Assembly (NCBI GenBank): GCA_030248215.1
Contig: JASANG010003345.1
Span: forward strand, 62,001-126,000
Source of the DNA: Enoplolaimus lenunculus
Taxonomy: Eukaryota
DNA length: 64,000 nucleotides
Direction: 5' to 3'
Of the stretch, positions 26,528 through 39,583 are shown one piece after another (positions within the stretch are counted from its first letter, which is position 1; every line of letters starts with the position of its first letter). The notes below the pieces were generated by a model, which had not been told where the DNA came from, ran no database searches, and saw only the letters and a program-made list of their open reading frames with translations. A program made the position numbers and the translations under genes.

Positions 26528-28051
26528 TTTATTATCACAGAGTAGTGCTTTTTACTGCATTACTGCGCATTTACTTGCAATAAATGCACTTTTGAGTGTT
26601 GCAATATTTGATTGAAACTGGCTAAATTTGTATTGTTTTAATGTTGTGATACGTACAGCGTATATAGCAGAGCCTAGAAGGTAAGATTTACGAGAATTTT
26701 CAAATTGCACTGCTATCCGTTTTTGTTTGGTCCCTGCCAAAATTTCAATAATTTTTTGGACAAGAGGGGAGGCTGGAAAAGGCTGACGCCATCGTTTTTG
26801 TTTGAATGCTACGTCACTGCGGACATGAAGTGAAGTTGAGTATTGTAAATGCAGTACCATCCGTCTACTTGTAACCATGGTTGGTGTAAGGTAGTATTAT
26901 GGGAACAAAAAAGAACAAAGTAAAAAATATAGAAATAAAAAATAAACAATATGAGTAAGAAAATAAATATATAAACATAAAAATCTCGGTATATACAGTA
27001 TAGGCTAAATTAATAATCAGTCATTATTATATTTTGACAAAATATAATTGTAATAATTAGTCTGTATATTATGTTTTATTACAACACTTATCATGTATAG
27101 CAATGCAATTTTTACCGAAATCTAACCTCTGGATAAATGTGATTGGTCTAGAAAACGTTTCTGTAGGAATGTGTCACCCAACGGGGGGAGTGAGATAGGG
27201 GGGGGGCAGAACCTGGTTGGTATAGGTAATAAAATACTCTCATACTTATATGAAGGTTAGGCATGCGACCCCCTCAAATGAATAATGGTGTTTAGATTTT
27301 GGTGTTCATTAAATAAACAAATCAAACCAGATATTTGGATGGACAAAATTTGAGGTCAACGGTCATTGGTGGCCCCGCTTATGAGAAAGAATTTTTTGAA
27401 TCGGAATTGGAACAAAAAAGCGTCACTGGACTGGAATGCTACGAAACCGAATTCTGTGTTGTTTTAAATTTGATACATTTTCAGGGAAATTATATTTTTA
27501 CAGTGCAACAAATAAAGATGTTGCCAAAATTCGACTATGGTTTTCTGACAAACGCTAAGGCTCATAAGGGCTTTTTTGAAATACATGCGCACAATAACGT
27601 ACGTTGCAGCCATAAATCTACAAAACTTAATAGGTATAATTGCTTGCAACTGTCTATATCCTATAATATTTCCAACTGAAACTGTTGAGAAATAGTTTAC
27701 ACTAAAAGATCATCGAAAACCTAAGAAGCCTTTAAAGCTTAAGAAGCAGCTCAAAATCGTCTTAAGTATCGTCAAATACTAGCATCCTATAGGTAAGAAC
27801 GAAAACACTAAACGAGTTGAATACACATTTTTACTAGGAATGTTAGTTTGTACGTTTCCGTTTATTCCTACTTATTGATTAGTTATAATTTTAAATTTCA
27901 GAATATATTTAGCTTAACCAGAAAAAAAAACTACTAATATAATAAAACCATCCTTGACTCAAATATTTTACCGACATCTTTATCGCCGAGGTGTCTTTCA
28001 TTGGTGGAATCAGTTTTAGCCGAATATCGGAGGATTGAAAAGCGAACAATT

Positions 28052-31000
28052 ATGACAGAGGATCCGCGGTATAAAGCGTACAAGTTTGTTACGCTGTCTG
28101 CAATTGCATTCAGCATTGTCGCTGTACTGTCAGTGTGTATAACGTTGCCTATGGTTCATAACTATGTTAGACACGTTCGTTCACAAATGCGAAACGAAAT
28201 CATGTACTGTAAGGTAAGTAGGAAGCACCAGATTTGGCTAGGTTCTGTTTGGGGCCCAATAACTAACTGGCTCAGGATTATTTCAGAACAACTTCAATGG
28301 GGTTCACACAAATTTTACAACACAAGGCGTAAATGTTTTGGGGGTGGCTGATATTTGTCTAGCGGCATTACGTTTTGATAGCTGTTTCTGACCACGAGCC
28401 TGTGGTGCTTGCTAACAAAGACGACGAAATTGTACTGTTTTATTTGTATGATTAAATTTTTTCACTACTTTGTGCTATTTGGTTTGCACGCTGGAAACTC
28501 ACAGTTTCTGAATAATTATACTGCAACTTTGTTCTGTTCCGTTGTAAGTTATTCAGTCAAAAACAACACCACGGTTGTAACTCAAGGCAACATCAGCACA
28601 TTAAGATGTTTTCGGGCTAAATTTGAATTGACAATGACGTTTAGGCAACTTTTAAAACGCAATTTTCGTCACTTTTCTAAATTCTAATCACATATTCCTC
28701 AGCTGAAAAATAGTCGGCATATATCTAAAAGGAAAGTAATGCTACACCAAGAGTGGATAATTTCAACAACAGTGCAACTGGGTACCGGTACATTCTGTTG
28801 ACAAAAAAGTTACCTAGCGTACGTTACGTTTTTGGCCTACATAGTGACCCGAATGAGAGAGGGGACTGATATTTATTTAACCACTACAGAGGGAACCCCT
28901 GTTATTCGGTTGCGGACTGTTATGTATTTTTAACCCGCCTTCCGCCGCCCTTCGTTACTGACACATATCCAGTGTTACAACTAAACGTTTATTAGTCTTG
29001 AATCAAAAGCTTCAGCGATAATGGTGAAATTATACTAAGGAATGTGCCTTCAAAACTCAAGTATGCTTTAAAGTTTTGAACTCAACTTTTATTTGGTCTG
29101 GAGTCATTTATTACGCTATAATTAGGGATAATTGATATTAATGGACTCTAATTAGGGTTTCGGGGCTCTATCCTCTTACAGAGTCTTATTAGAAAACGGA
29201 CTCCTATTGATTGGGACTCAAAATGGGGAAACCTCTTATTATCTCCCGTGTTTAACGTTTCAAACGTTAACTACCCTCCTAAATAAAAAAGGGGTCGGTC
29301 AAAAACGCAACGTTCGGTGATACATTAGAACATATACTCAGTTCCACACTCATCTGGAGTCTTCATCGACTCTTGGTTACAGTAAGGGAAATAAAATTTT
29401 GTTGAAAAGTGAGTTATTAAAAGCTGGAAATATTTCTACTAGCGATATTTTTGTGTAAACGGTCTCAAAATGGGCATTTTCCACCATAACTTGCGTTCAC
29501 CATGTCACAATTTTTCACTTACTTGAAAAATTGTCTAATCTTTTTACCGCAAGTTTCGAGTTATCACAGAACGACTGAAAAAATAAGCGATTTGAATTCT
29601 GCTGGATTGTATATCTGCCTACCGGTAAAAAATATTGAACCTGTTTGTTTGAGATTTTATAGTGACCTGGTGTTTCAAAGCCGATGTTTAAGTAATTGAT
29701 TATGTATTCTTTTACGCATTGCATCTATATATAGATAGATATATAGACATATAGACATAAATACATATATATACATATATGTGTATATATATGCATGCAT
29801 ATGCGTCCTCAGGGACTAAAATCTTATGGTTTTTACTTTAGTATGGCTAATTTTAGGGATCTGCGAAAAATATTATGTCCGAAGTGAATTTTCTCAAAGA
29901 CATGCCAGCACGTAACCGAACAGCACGGCAAGCGTATGGAGCGCGACCTGTTGTAAATCCTGATGCAACTTGTGAAGGTACGATATTTGCTTAACTTTGT
30001 TTGGGATGCACTTGCAGTGGCGGATCCAGAAATTTTTAACGTTGTTGCTGCGTAATTTGAAATAGTGAAAAAAGCACGCAAACGAAGCGAACGCGAAGCT
30101 AAACGCAAAGACAGACTAAAGCGATATAAATTCTACCAAAGATTCGGTTCAAACCTAATTCTAGTTACTAGGGGCGTATACGTAGGGGAGCCGAGAGATA
30201 TATCTTGCCTCAAAATTTGTCGAGACACGAAACAGCGTACTTTTACCGGCTCGTAACTAACCTGCTGGGTTGTCGTTGGCAAAAAATTGCGGTTCGTGAA
30301 AAGAAATTTGTTTTTTGTGACTTTAAATTTTTTCCATGATTTCAGGTTGCTGCCTGCCTGGACCACCAGGCCCTCAAGGTCAACCGGGCAAACCGGGCAC
30401 ACCTGGCAAACCTGGAGCGCCTGGTAATCCTGGCAAACCTGGCAGGCCGCCAATCGCGCCGTGTGATATGATTCCGCCGCCGCCGTGCCGACCATGCCCT
30501 GCAGGTCCACCTGGACCTCCCGGACCGCCTGGACCACCAGGTAGAGTCTTTGTTAACTTATTGTGTCGTTATTTGGCAGTGATTTTGGCTGATAATCAGC
30601 AATATGATAAAAAACTCAAATCTTCCTTATAATAATTACAAATACCTTAAAATTGCTTGTCATCAGGGTCGTATGCCGCATAGACATAACGTCGCCCATA
30701 GAGTTACTCTGCTCAACGCCGAACTGGCTCGGTCCAGCACGTCATTTATTGGTCGGTCGAGGTTTTTATGCTGCCGGCTGATTTTAAAAAGCTAATTTTC
30801 GTAATATTGAATTCGAAGTAAAGACGAAAGCGCAATGCGCCGTGGTACATTCTTGTCTCATACAGCTAGCATGTGCCCAGTTGCATACTCTTGTTGTCTA
30901 ACCATTGGCCAGTTCATAAGCTTGAGCGAAATTTTATACGGGATACTTTAATCGGTGGTTGTGAACTTTTCGTTCGAAAGGAATCACTCGAAGCTTAAAC

Positions 31001-34000
31001 TCGATTGGTTTGTTTTTATTTGAATTAAAAAATATTGAGCATTAAGACAAGGCTGCATCTGCGGCAGCGGGTAGGCAAAAGGAGCCGCTGTCCCTTCCAT
31101 GGCTTTTGCACTCCTGGCCTATCGATGGAGTTTGACAGAACACTTAAAAACTTCTAGTTCTCACTGTAAATCTCCGTGTTCATTTAACTACCAGTTTCTT
31201 GTTGCGGCACAGGTACAAGACGTAGTGTTGCGGATGACGTTCTTGTAGCTGAAATGCTTATTTGTCAGCTGCAGGCGACGCCTAATAAAAGTTGGTGATA
31301 TGTTTTGTGGCCCATGTAAATCTCGCTGCCGTCCCAAAATCCCATCATAAGAATTTGATGTGTGGTCGAAGGTGGGATTTTGGTATTTTGGGATTTCGGG
31401 ATATGGTCGAAGGTGGGATTTTGGGATTTTGGAATTTCGGGATATGGTCGAAGGTGGGATTTTGGGATTTTGGGATATGGTCGAAGATGAGATTTTGGGA
31501 TTTTGGAATTTCGGGATATGGTCGAAGGTGGGATTTTGGGATTTCGGGATATGGTCGAAGGTGGGATTTTGGGATTTCGGGATAAGGTCAATGGTGGGAT
31601 TTTGGGATTTCGGGATATGGAAAGCCTGCTCCTAATGCCTAAGCGTAAACTTAAGCGAAGCCTAAGTCTAAGCCTAAGCCTATGCCTAAGATGGCCCATG
31701 TATAGAACAGGGCCGGAACAGTAGTATAAGTATATTCCTAAGCCTAAGCCTAAGACTAAGCCTAAGACTAAGCCTAAAACTAAGCCTAAGCCTAGCGTAT
31801 GGATGAGCCTATTCTAAGCTTAAGCCTAAGCCTAAGCCTACGCTAAAGCTTAAGCCTAAGCCTAAGCCTAAGCCTAAGCAAAAAATAGTCTAAAGCTTAA
31901 AGTGGCTCTATTATAGCCTCTCCGGAAAACGATCTCGCCCTGTTCTATACATGGAACCGTAAGATGTAGCCCGTAATGGTCATTTATGATTTAATCTACG
32001 TTTAAGCTAATTCCTAAAGCCTCAGCGTCCTAAAACTATGCCTAAGCCTAGGCCTAAGCCTGAGCCATAGACTAAGACAAAGCGTACGCCTAAGGCTAAG
32101 GCACCTCTAAAATGTATATCTAAGCTTTACACCAGATGTAACGGATAAACACCTAAAACCTAAGCCTAAGACGGAGCGTTGCATATTCCTAAACCTAAAT
32201 CTTGAGCCAAAGGGTTGCATAATCCTAAATCTAAGCCTAAGCCTAAGCCTAAGGAATGGCATTCGATGAATTTTATTAAAATCGCAAAATCCCAAAATCC
32301 CAAAATCCCACCACAAACAAAAAGTATCAATTTTTAGTAGGGACGGTGGGATTTTGGGCGGCACTCAACTATACATGGGCCTGTTTTGTAACTTTCAAAC
32401 CAGTAGATATCAAACCTTCGACATTGACTCCATGTTTTAAGATCATCTCGTATTTGTACGGCATAAAATTTCAATATAGCAGCAGCAGAGGTTCATCTGT
32501 TTGGATACCTATTACTGACTGGAAATATATATGTTGAATATGCAATTTAAAATGAGGATGCAAAATTTGAACAGATATTTTTCACTGTCCATGTTACTTT
32601 TAGGGCCGTCCCGGTTTCTGGTGGGTCTGTAAAAGAGTAGGATTACATTCTAGACTACATTTTTGCTTAGGCTTAGGCTTGGACTTAGGAATACGCTGCT
32701 GCAACTCTTTAGGTTTAGGCTTAGGCTTAGGAATACGCTTAACCTACTGTTACGGCCCTAAAAGTAACATTGACTTTTTTACAGTCGATTTATTAATTTA
32801 GCAGGAATTCTGTTGGGTGCCCGTATTTATTTGTTTATTGCATATGTATATTTTATAGACTTTGGCGTAGTGCGCATTAATGTTGATTTTTTAAATATCA
32901 TTGACAAATCTTTACCGATGATTGTACTTTTTTGCAAAGATTGTTCGGGATTTACCCGCAAAATATGCCGATTTTATCCATATCCTGAGATATTTAGCCG
33001 TTCCCGTAAGCCAAGGGGCGACATAGGGGACTCAGTCCTCCCGGAAAATTTTAGCCCCCCCTGGAATATTTTCAATCTTGCTTATAAAAGTTAACGGAAT
33101 CCCTTGTATGCCCCTCTTGAAAATTTTTCCACCCCTGGCAAGGTGAGGTGGCTACGCGCCTAACTAAATTTGTCTGCATTTAAGATCGCATGTTCTGCTA
33201 TCAAAATTTTCTAAGTCAAAAATTTGTTTTACAGTGATTTTGTGACCATAACGTCTGTAGCAAATGTCAGTAAGCACTAGAATTCCAAAAGAAACATATT
33301 AAAACGTGGGGCCGATGTAAAGAACAGGGGCGGAACAGTATTATAAGCATATTCCTAAGCCTACACCTAATCCTAAACCTAAGCCTAAACCTAAGCGTAA
33401 AAATGAGCATATTCCCGAGCCTAAGCCTAAACTTAAGCGTAAGCCAAGCAAAAAAAATAAGTCGCAAGCTTATGCTTACTCTTTCTAGTCCCACAGAAAA
33501 ACGTTCCGCCCCTGATCTTTATATGGGCCAAACCTGGAAACTGTAATTTTCGAAAATTGATTTTGTGCTGTTCGAGTAGTAAGTTTGTCAAATTTGAATT
33601 TTCATTCTTGCAGTTGCGGGTCCAAGATATTTTGGTGAAACAGAATATTTGTTGTGTTCTGAAATTTTACAATTTTAACGCGCGGTTTTAACAATTTTTT
33701 ACAATTTTTAAAATCGACCCAATTGCGACGTTTTGGCAAAATCTTTCATTCGCGTGGCTAGAAAACACATTGTGCTTCACAGATGAACTATTTCCATCGG
33801 AAAACATCCAGCACGGCAGGGTCGTTGGGGAATACATCTCCCATTACCCTTGCATAAGCTGCTATACTCGTGCCGGTTATGTTATGAGTATACATAAACT
33901 ATCACTAGCTAATAGATGTTGCACAAATTTGCCAAATTATAGTATTTTTCGCTCCACACCATGGTCGTACGCAGAAAATTATATTTGTTAGACAGGGTAC

Positions 34001-36653
34001 CGAGTAATTTTGGGGAGTCGTGTCAATTACAATTCAAGATTGTTTACTTTTAGACCGAGTCTATTTGGGGCGCACAAGCCGAATTTGGGGCGGCACGGCC
34101 GACCAACGCCCCCATGCGGACGCCCTTAAGTCAAATTTTGACTCAATTTGTGTAGTCCCGAAAAGTCTATTTCGGAGAGAGTCAGTTTGACTCACCATTT
34201 TTTGCAGTATACCTCCATCATTATTGTAGACGCAAAAATTTCCAATATCATTGTGTAATGTATTACCTTCTACATAGGCTGATGCAGAAAGCGTTAATTC
34301 GGTTGCCACGAACCCTAATAGTATTAACCAAATATATATATTCTCATATTTATTATTTCAAAAGTTTTGATCCAGTGTGTTTTGTACACTCTAAAACTTG
34401 TAAACCTCATCTAAATTGTTCTAGATTTGATGCAATTTTACAACTTTTTATTTATTTAAACTAACTTCGAGTGTCCCGTAATTTTATATTTAAATTGTTT
34501 TTAATCTCTGATCTATGCTTTGTAACTGCTATTTTTGATTTTCTTTCATAAGCCGAGGCATGTCAATCACATTAAAGTATATATAGATTATGAGTAGTTT
34601 ACTTTGTTTCGATTAAACATTTAGGATCGCATACTTAAATGTGTATAGCACCTATGACCAGTTAGTGATAGGTTTTAAACTCTAGAGCTCTTGCTGCTTC
34701 GAATCTCAAAGTCGACACAGCATTTGCTCAAATCAAATGAGAAAAATGTGCTGAATTTCGAATCTTACCATTCAATGATTCGAAAGTGACAAGAGTTACG
34801 GGTGGGAGGCGTTTACAATGACCACTCAGCTATAGGAGCTTGACGCTCGAGCCCGAGGGGATTCTCACGTCGTGCAGACGTTTAGCACTGCACATATATG
34901 TTAGAATTGTTAAACACAGGTCGCAGTGTCTGAGCTGCTTATATATTACTTGTATTTAGTTGCTCATAGTATACTCTATGAGTTAAATGGTTAAGTTTGC
35001 TAACCTTTCTAAAAAGTTGTATTTTTTAAGTATATGGAATAAATTACAGCTGCTTGTGCTGTCAGTAAGCGCAAAAACTTGCACGCTGTAAAAAAATTTG
35101 CAAAATTAATTTTAAATGTTTCACAGTTAATAGCATCGTTACAAATATGTCCCATTTTACCCGTCTTTAATTCAGTAACTGTAGTCGCTTTACATGCTGA
35201 GTATGTTGAAAACACCGTTAACCCTTTGTATACCGTCACCACGGACCTTTCCTATGCGGATATTTTCACGTCTGTAATGCGTAAATCATTGAAAATTCTA
35301 TGTTAGCAGCAACCCCGAAACATATTTTTTCGGTCCATGCGTCAACATTTCCTCATTGAGCAACTCATATAAACGGTTTTTGCTGAACAAAAATTATTTG
35401 GTTCAAGGACAATTATATCGTACTTTTAAATTATTTGTTTCGTTATTGTTTCTTTCTTTGAGCATTTTGTATTTAGAAATTATATATATTATATATGTGT
35501 GTATGTATGTATATAATATATACCAATGTATTACTAACATTGCTTTTGTATATGTTTGTGTTGTACTTTTTACAATATGACGTGCAATATTGCACAGTTT
35601 TTGCAATATTTCTGCAATTTAGCAAAGCGTATAGTATTAAATGCATTGAAAAGAATGTTTTAATTTTAAATCGCTAAACTTGGTAGGGTTTAGTTGGGTG
35701 GCAAATAACTTAGTTGACAGAGGTGTAAATATAACAACAGCGTTGGGGCTGACCCCGTTTACGATCTTTTAAACTGTTAAAGTTTCGTTACAATTAGAAC
35801 AGTGACATATATAACTTGATCATATGTGGCTGGAGCGTATTTTATTTAGTAACGTGCGAAATTTACGTATGAAATATGTATTGTTCGCAGATTGCGTGCA
35901 CACAATGAAGACTGTATATTGGTTTTTTGCAAGACATTTTCAGGGGTGGTTTTCTACAAGACTCTTATGAAATAGTAACAGAACATTTTTCAGCCATTCT
36001 TTTAAGCGGTTACTAAAATAGCTGTCTCTCAAACATTGATGGAAAAGACACACAGGTTGTGGGGATTGCACTTCGCAGTTCCAGAAACATTTGGACGCAG
36101 TTCAATTCATTCGGCAGCATTGGAAAAATTTAGTATTGACAGAACTGGATAAGGTGTAACGGTATTTGAAAATTCAGTATTTCTTATCGCTTAATTATAG
36201 AAAGACTTGGTGCCTAATAAAATTATTAGTTTTATTTCAGGCGACACCGGCGCACCTGGCAACCCTGGCGGCCCGGGACAAGACGCACCGCAAGGCCCAC
36301 GCGGTCCTCCTGGTCCAGCTGGCAATCCAGGACAAAACGGCCCATCTGGTGAACCGGGCGATCCAGGTGCACCTGCGCCAAGCTCACCGCCACAACCTGG
36401 CGATCCTGGTGAACCTGGCGAGCCTGGCGACGAAGGTCCACAAGGTCCACCAGGCGATCCGGGCCGGGACGGTCAACCAGGCCCACCGGGACCGAAAGGC
36501 CCACCAGGACCACCGGGCAACGATGGCCGTGACGGTGAAAACGGTCCACCTGGCCCTCAAGGTCCGCCCGGCCCGGCTGGCGAACGTGGCATTTGTCCGA
36601 AATATTGTGCTTTGGACGGTGGAATCTTTTTCGAAGACGGCACAAGGCGATAG
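28052..36653 (+). CDS. sqt-3: Cuticle collagen, sqt-3/col-1 type, 296 aa, complete
   Basis: Exons 28052-28213, 29857-29977, 30346-30540, 36241-36653 (891 nt). N-terminal cuticle-collagen domain [31 protein letters not shown] protease site (RxxR), [11 protein letters not shown], Gly-X-Y repeats and C-terminus [21 protein letters not shown], matching recalled C. elegans SQT-3/COL-1. Possible 5'UTR intron 27793-27901. Collagen call is certain, exact orthology less so. Confidence 0.92.
28838..29251. mobile_element. Family E MITE with damaged ends, collagen intron 1
   Basis: Reverse-oriented homolog of 16365-16809. Confidence 0.75.
31365..31620. repeat. 33/41-bp G-rich minisatellite inside the family C element
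   Basis: GGTCGAAGGTGGGATTTTGGGATTTCGGGATAT, about 7 units. Confidence 0.9.
31693..31957. mobile_element. Family A MITE nested in family C
   Basis: GGCCCATGTATAGAACAGGGC...GCCCTGTTCTATACATGGAAC; TSD CCTAAGAT/CGTAAGAT. Confidence 0.9.
32586..32775. mobile_element. TTAGGC-core MITE, family B
   Basis: ATGTTACTTTTAGGGCCGT / ACGGCCCTAAAAGTAACAT inverted ends. Confidence 0.85.
33310..33529. mobile_element. TTAGGC-core MITE, family A
   Basis: Family A TIRs; TSD AAACGTGG/AAACCTGG. Confidence 0.9.
34129..34209. mobile_element. Half copy of family D MITE
   Basis: TTTGTGTAGTCCCG..TATTTCGGAGAGAGTCA..CATTTTTTGCAGT. Confidence 0.75.
34776..34990 (-). mobile_element. piggyBac-like MITE with tRNA-like cassette, partial
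   Basis: Homologous to 39338-39583; A-box TAGCTGAGTGG on the minus strand at 34832-34822; ends GG|TTAA. Confidence 0.65.
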
Positions 36654-36772
36654 TTTTTATCTCCGATCGTTCCATCTCTCGTTTGGTTCCCAGGCTTTGC
36701 ACGCCCACAAAATCACCACAAGATTCTACACAACAGCAGATGCTAGATTTTGTTAAATCAGTATCGGTTTGA

Positions 36773-37094
36773 CAGGGGCGTACATAAAGGATGTATAGGA
36801 GAGATAGTAATCCCGAAAATTCTAGAAAAAAATAAGAAGAAATACACTTTTCGCAAACTATAAAATAACGTTTTAACTCCAACAGATTAAAATGTATTCC
36901 CGTCCATTGACAAGACAAACGAGGTTCGACCGAGCCGAAATAAGCCAGTTGCGCGTACGCCCCTGTCAGAGATGGAAATGGCTCGATGGGTTAAGACTTT
37001 GATCCATTACCCATTATTCCCATTAAATTGCCAAAAATCTCAACCCATGATGATCCATGTTTACCCATGACCCGCTGACCCATTTCCAACTCTG
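36773..37094. mobile_element. Two adjacent CAG-ended MITEs just 3' of the collagen stop
   Basis: CAGGGGCGTAC...GTACGCCCCTG (36773-36965) and CAGAGATGGAAATGG...CCATTTCCAACTCTG (36967-37094). Confidence 0.7.
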
Positions 37095-37706
37095 TCTCAT
37101 GTTGTTCGACCCGAAAATTTTTGCACTAAAACCAAAGATTATATGCTTTCAGTTGTGTATACAGCGATAATTGTAATCTCAATTGTTTATTTATAATTTG
37201 ACCAGGATGGCGTATACTCTTCCATACTCTCAGCTTTTAAGACAAGAGATACTGAAAATATGCAAGTGTCAAATTTAATGAAAAAATGTTTTGGTTAATT
37301 TTAAAATTCGTTAAATTTTTAGTGAAATTTTAGTTATTTTAAAATATTTGCCAAAGCTCGTTTTCAAGTTTAGAAATAATTGACAATTTGTTATTTTATG
37401 ATATTCAAAATTAAAACCGCAGTGACAGACCAATTTGTACTGCAATATTATGCTTAAATTATGTCGTTCCGCTTCAATGCCAAAGATTTTATTGCATTCT
37501 GTGAATTAATACCTATCATATATATTGAATTGTATTTGCTACGCCTGTAAGAAAGTAGTGCTCTGTGAGCTTATGGTGAAAAAACAATTGTGGGCCTTGA
37601 AATTTTTGCCAGCCGTAAGCGGTCATTCTGAAGCGTAGCAAAAATTTTTTTAGAAATCCCAAAATTGAAAAGCGCTGTAGGAAACCTATTTCGAAACAAA
37701 AATGCT

Positions 37707-37861
37707 GGCACATGTATAGAACACAGCCAGAACAGTGGAATAAGCATATTCCGAAGCCTAAACTTAAGCCTAAGCCTAAGCAAAAAAGTTAGTCTAAAGC
37801 TTAACTTGACACTATTACAGCGCTGCAGGAAAACATTCCGGCCCTGTTCTATACATTGGCC
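37707..37861. mobile_element. TTAGGC-core MITE, family A
   Basis: Family A TIRs; perfect TSD AAAATGCT. Confidence 0.9.
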
Positions 37862-39337
37862 AAAATGCTTTAGCAAATTGTGCAAAAAATGAATTTTCAA
37901 AAATCAAACACAATATTAATAATTTGAGTCAAAATTAACTGTTCGCTTCAGAATTGCTGACACTTTTTGCTGCGATGGTAAACTGGAAATAGGCGCTAGA
38001 TTTGAACAATTTGTGCCCTAAAATCATTCGTAAAATGTTGAAAACTGCCTGCAAACTATTTTGTGCTAAGTGGTGAGAGCTTAATTACTACACTAGTTCG
38101 TACTCCTTATGATATATATTTGTTGGGTTGCACATTTGTGTTTGTGACTGTAGTGTTTCCAACGTACCATTGTACAAACAACAACACTTCTCAGCGTTGC
38201 TAGTTGAACTCGAAGGTTAGGCCTGTGAAAGAAACGGATACGTTCTATAAAGATTCTGAAGATGGTTATTAGTGTTACACTTTGAAAAGTAACAAACACC
38301 TTATTACAAAAAATCACAAAGGGGGATTGACATGTAAAAAGCTACCCCATGGCAACGCCATAGGTAAAAGGCAACTTAGGCTTGAAACGTTAAGTTGATA
38401 TTTTTTGTTCAAACAACGACTGCAAATTAACCTTTTAACAAATTCCCTGAATTTATTTTTGCTTAACTTTGATTTTTTTATAATTAATATTTTTCAGAAA
38501 AAAAACTTTTACTGAATAATGAAAACTTAAAAAATTTTGCTGTTTGTTACAAAACTACGCTGGATTATACTTGATTTTGTGTACTGCGATAGTGGAATAA
38601 CGGAATATAGTTGTTGAGATTTTATCGTCTTTACTGAGTCTTCAAAGAAGTTAAGTTTAATCGCTTATCTTTAATGACCAAATGGTTATCCGCTGAAACG
38701 AAATATACCACACTGTTTTTTCTGACAAAGACGACAATTCGAGATTGAGCTAAGACATAGTAGACAGAAACTTTAATTGATACCACGAGGAAGAAAACTT
38801 ATAATATTTCAACGTGTAATTTCTGAACAGTTTGTAGTTTTGTCTAAAATCTCAACAATTATTTGCCCGTGATGGGGTGGGTATTGTGATATTTAGTGGA
38901 AGTTTGGAGGGTTTTGGGATCTAATCAACTCATGTTATTCGATTATTGTTATCATATTGGTTGTCTCTTGACGCGGCAATTGGACTGTGTTTGACTGTGA
39001 AGTGTCGGTTTTTTTGTGCTTTTTGATCTTTGTATCAAATTTAAATCTACTATACAAATGCTGTTTACAAAACACAAATAAAATTCAATTTTAAATTTTT
39101 TTGGCCGAACTTTGAACAGTTTTGAAAATTATGCCTCATTGTGAAATTGTAAAGCGAAATGATGTTTCAAACTTCCTTTACAATCTACCTGGTCAATACT
39201 GTTTTTGTCAGTATGCTTAATCACGTTCGGTGTCGGTCCGTGTTAAAGTAATCGGTGATGGACTTCAACAAGGGAGAGTATAAGAGAGATATTTCCTTGA
39301 CAAAATGTTTCATATACAGTGAAAATAAGCATTTTAA

Positions 39338-39583
39338 CCCTATGTCACATAAATATTATCTAATTCCCCTGAGACCTACTTTTATGCTAGGATTCGAACT
39401 CCGGTGACTGGAGTGGAAGGCGTATACCATCACCACTTAGCTATAGGAGCCCGAGGGGGCTCTCACGTCTTGTGGTGATTTAGTACTACGTGTACGTGTT
39501 GCAATTGTTAAACGCGGTGCCATATACATTAACGCATATACACTGCGCTTAGTTGCCTATAGGCAACTCAATGTGAGAAAAGG
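39338..39583 (-). mobile_element. piggyBac-like MITE containing a tRNA-like Pol III promoter
   Basis: TTAA|CCCTATGTCACAT...ATGTGAGAAAAGG|TTAA; minus-strand A-box TAGCTAAGTGG (39443-39433) and B-box GTTCGAATCC (39399-39390). Confidence 0.75.

Larger units (their letters stand above)
31309..32381. mobile_element. Large TTAGGC-core element, family C, with GGGATTTT subterminal repeats and a nested family A MITE
   Basis: GGCCCATGTA...TACATGGGCC ends with perfect 8-bp TSD TGTTTTGT. Confidence 0.9.

Noticed and set aside
31620..32260. True telomere or chromosome fusion site
   Set aside because: The TTAGGC tracts are short, degenerate and bounded by TIRs and TSDs inside an intron.
36166..36918. 196-aa and 228-aa ORFs overlapping collagen exon 4
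   Set aside because: Alternative-frame and antisense shadows of GC-rich Gly-X-Y codons.
39385..39450. Functional tRNA-Gly gene
   Set aside because: A and B boxes are present but the acceptor and anticodon stems do not pair; it lies in a repeat with diverged copies.
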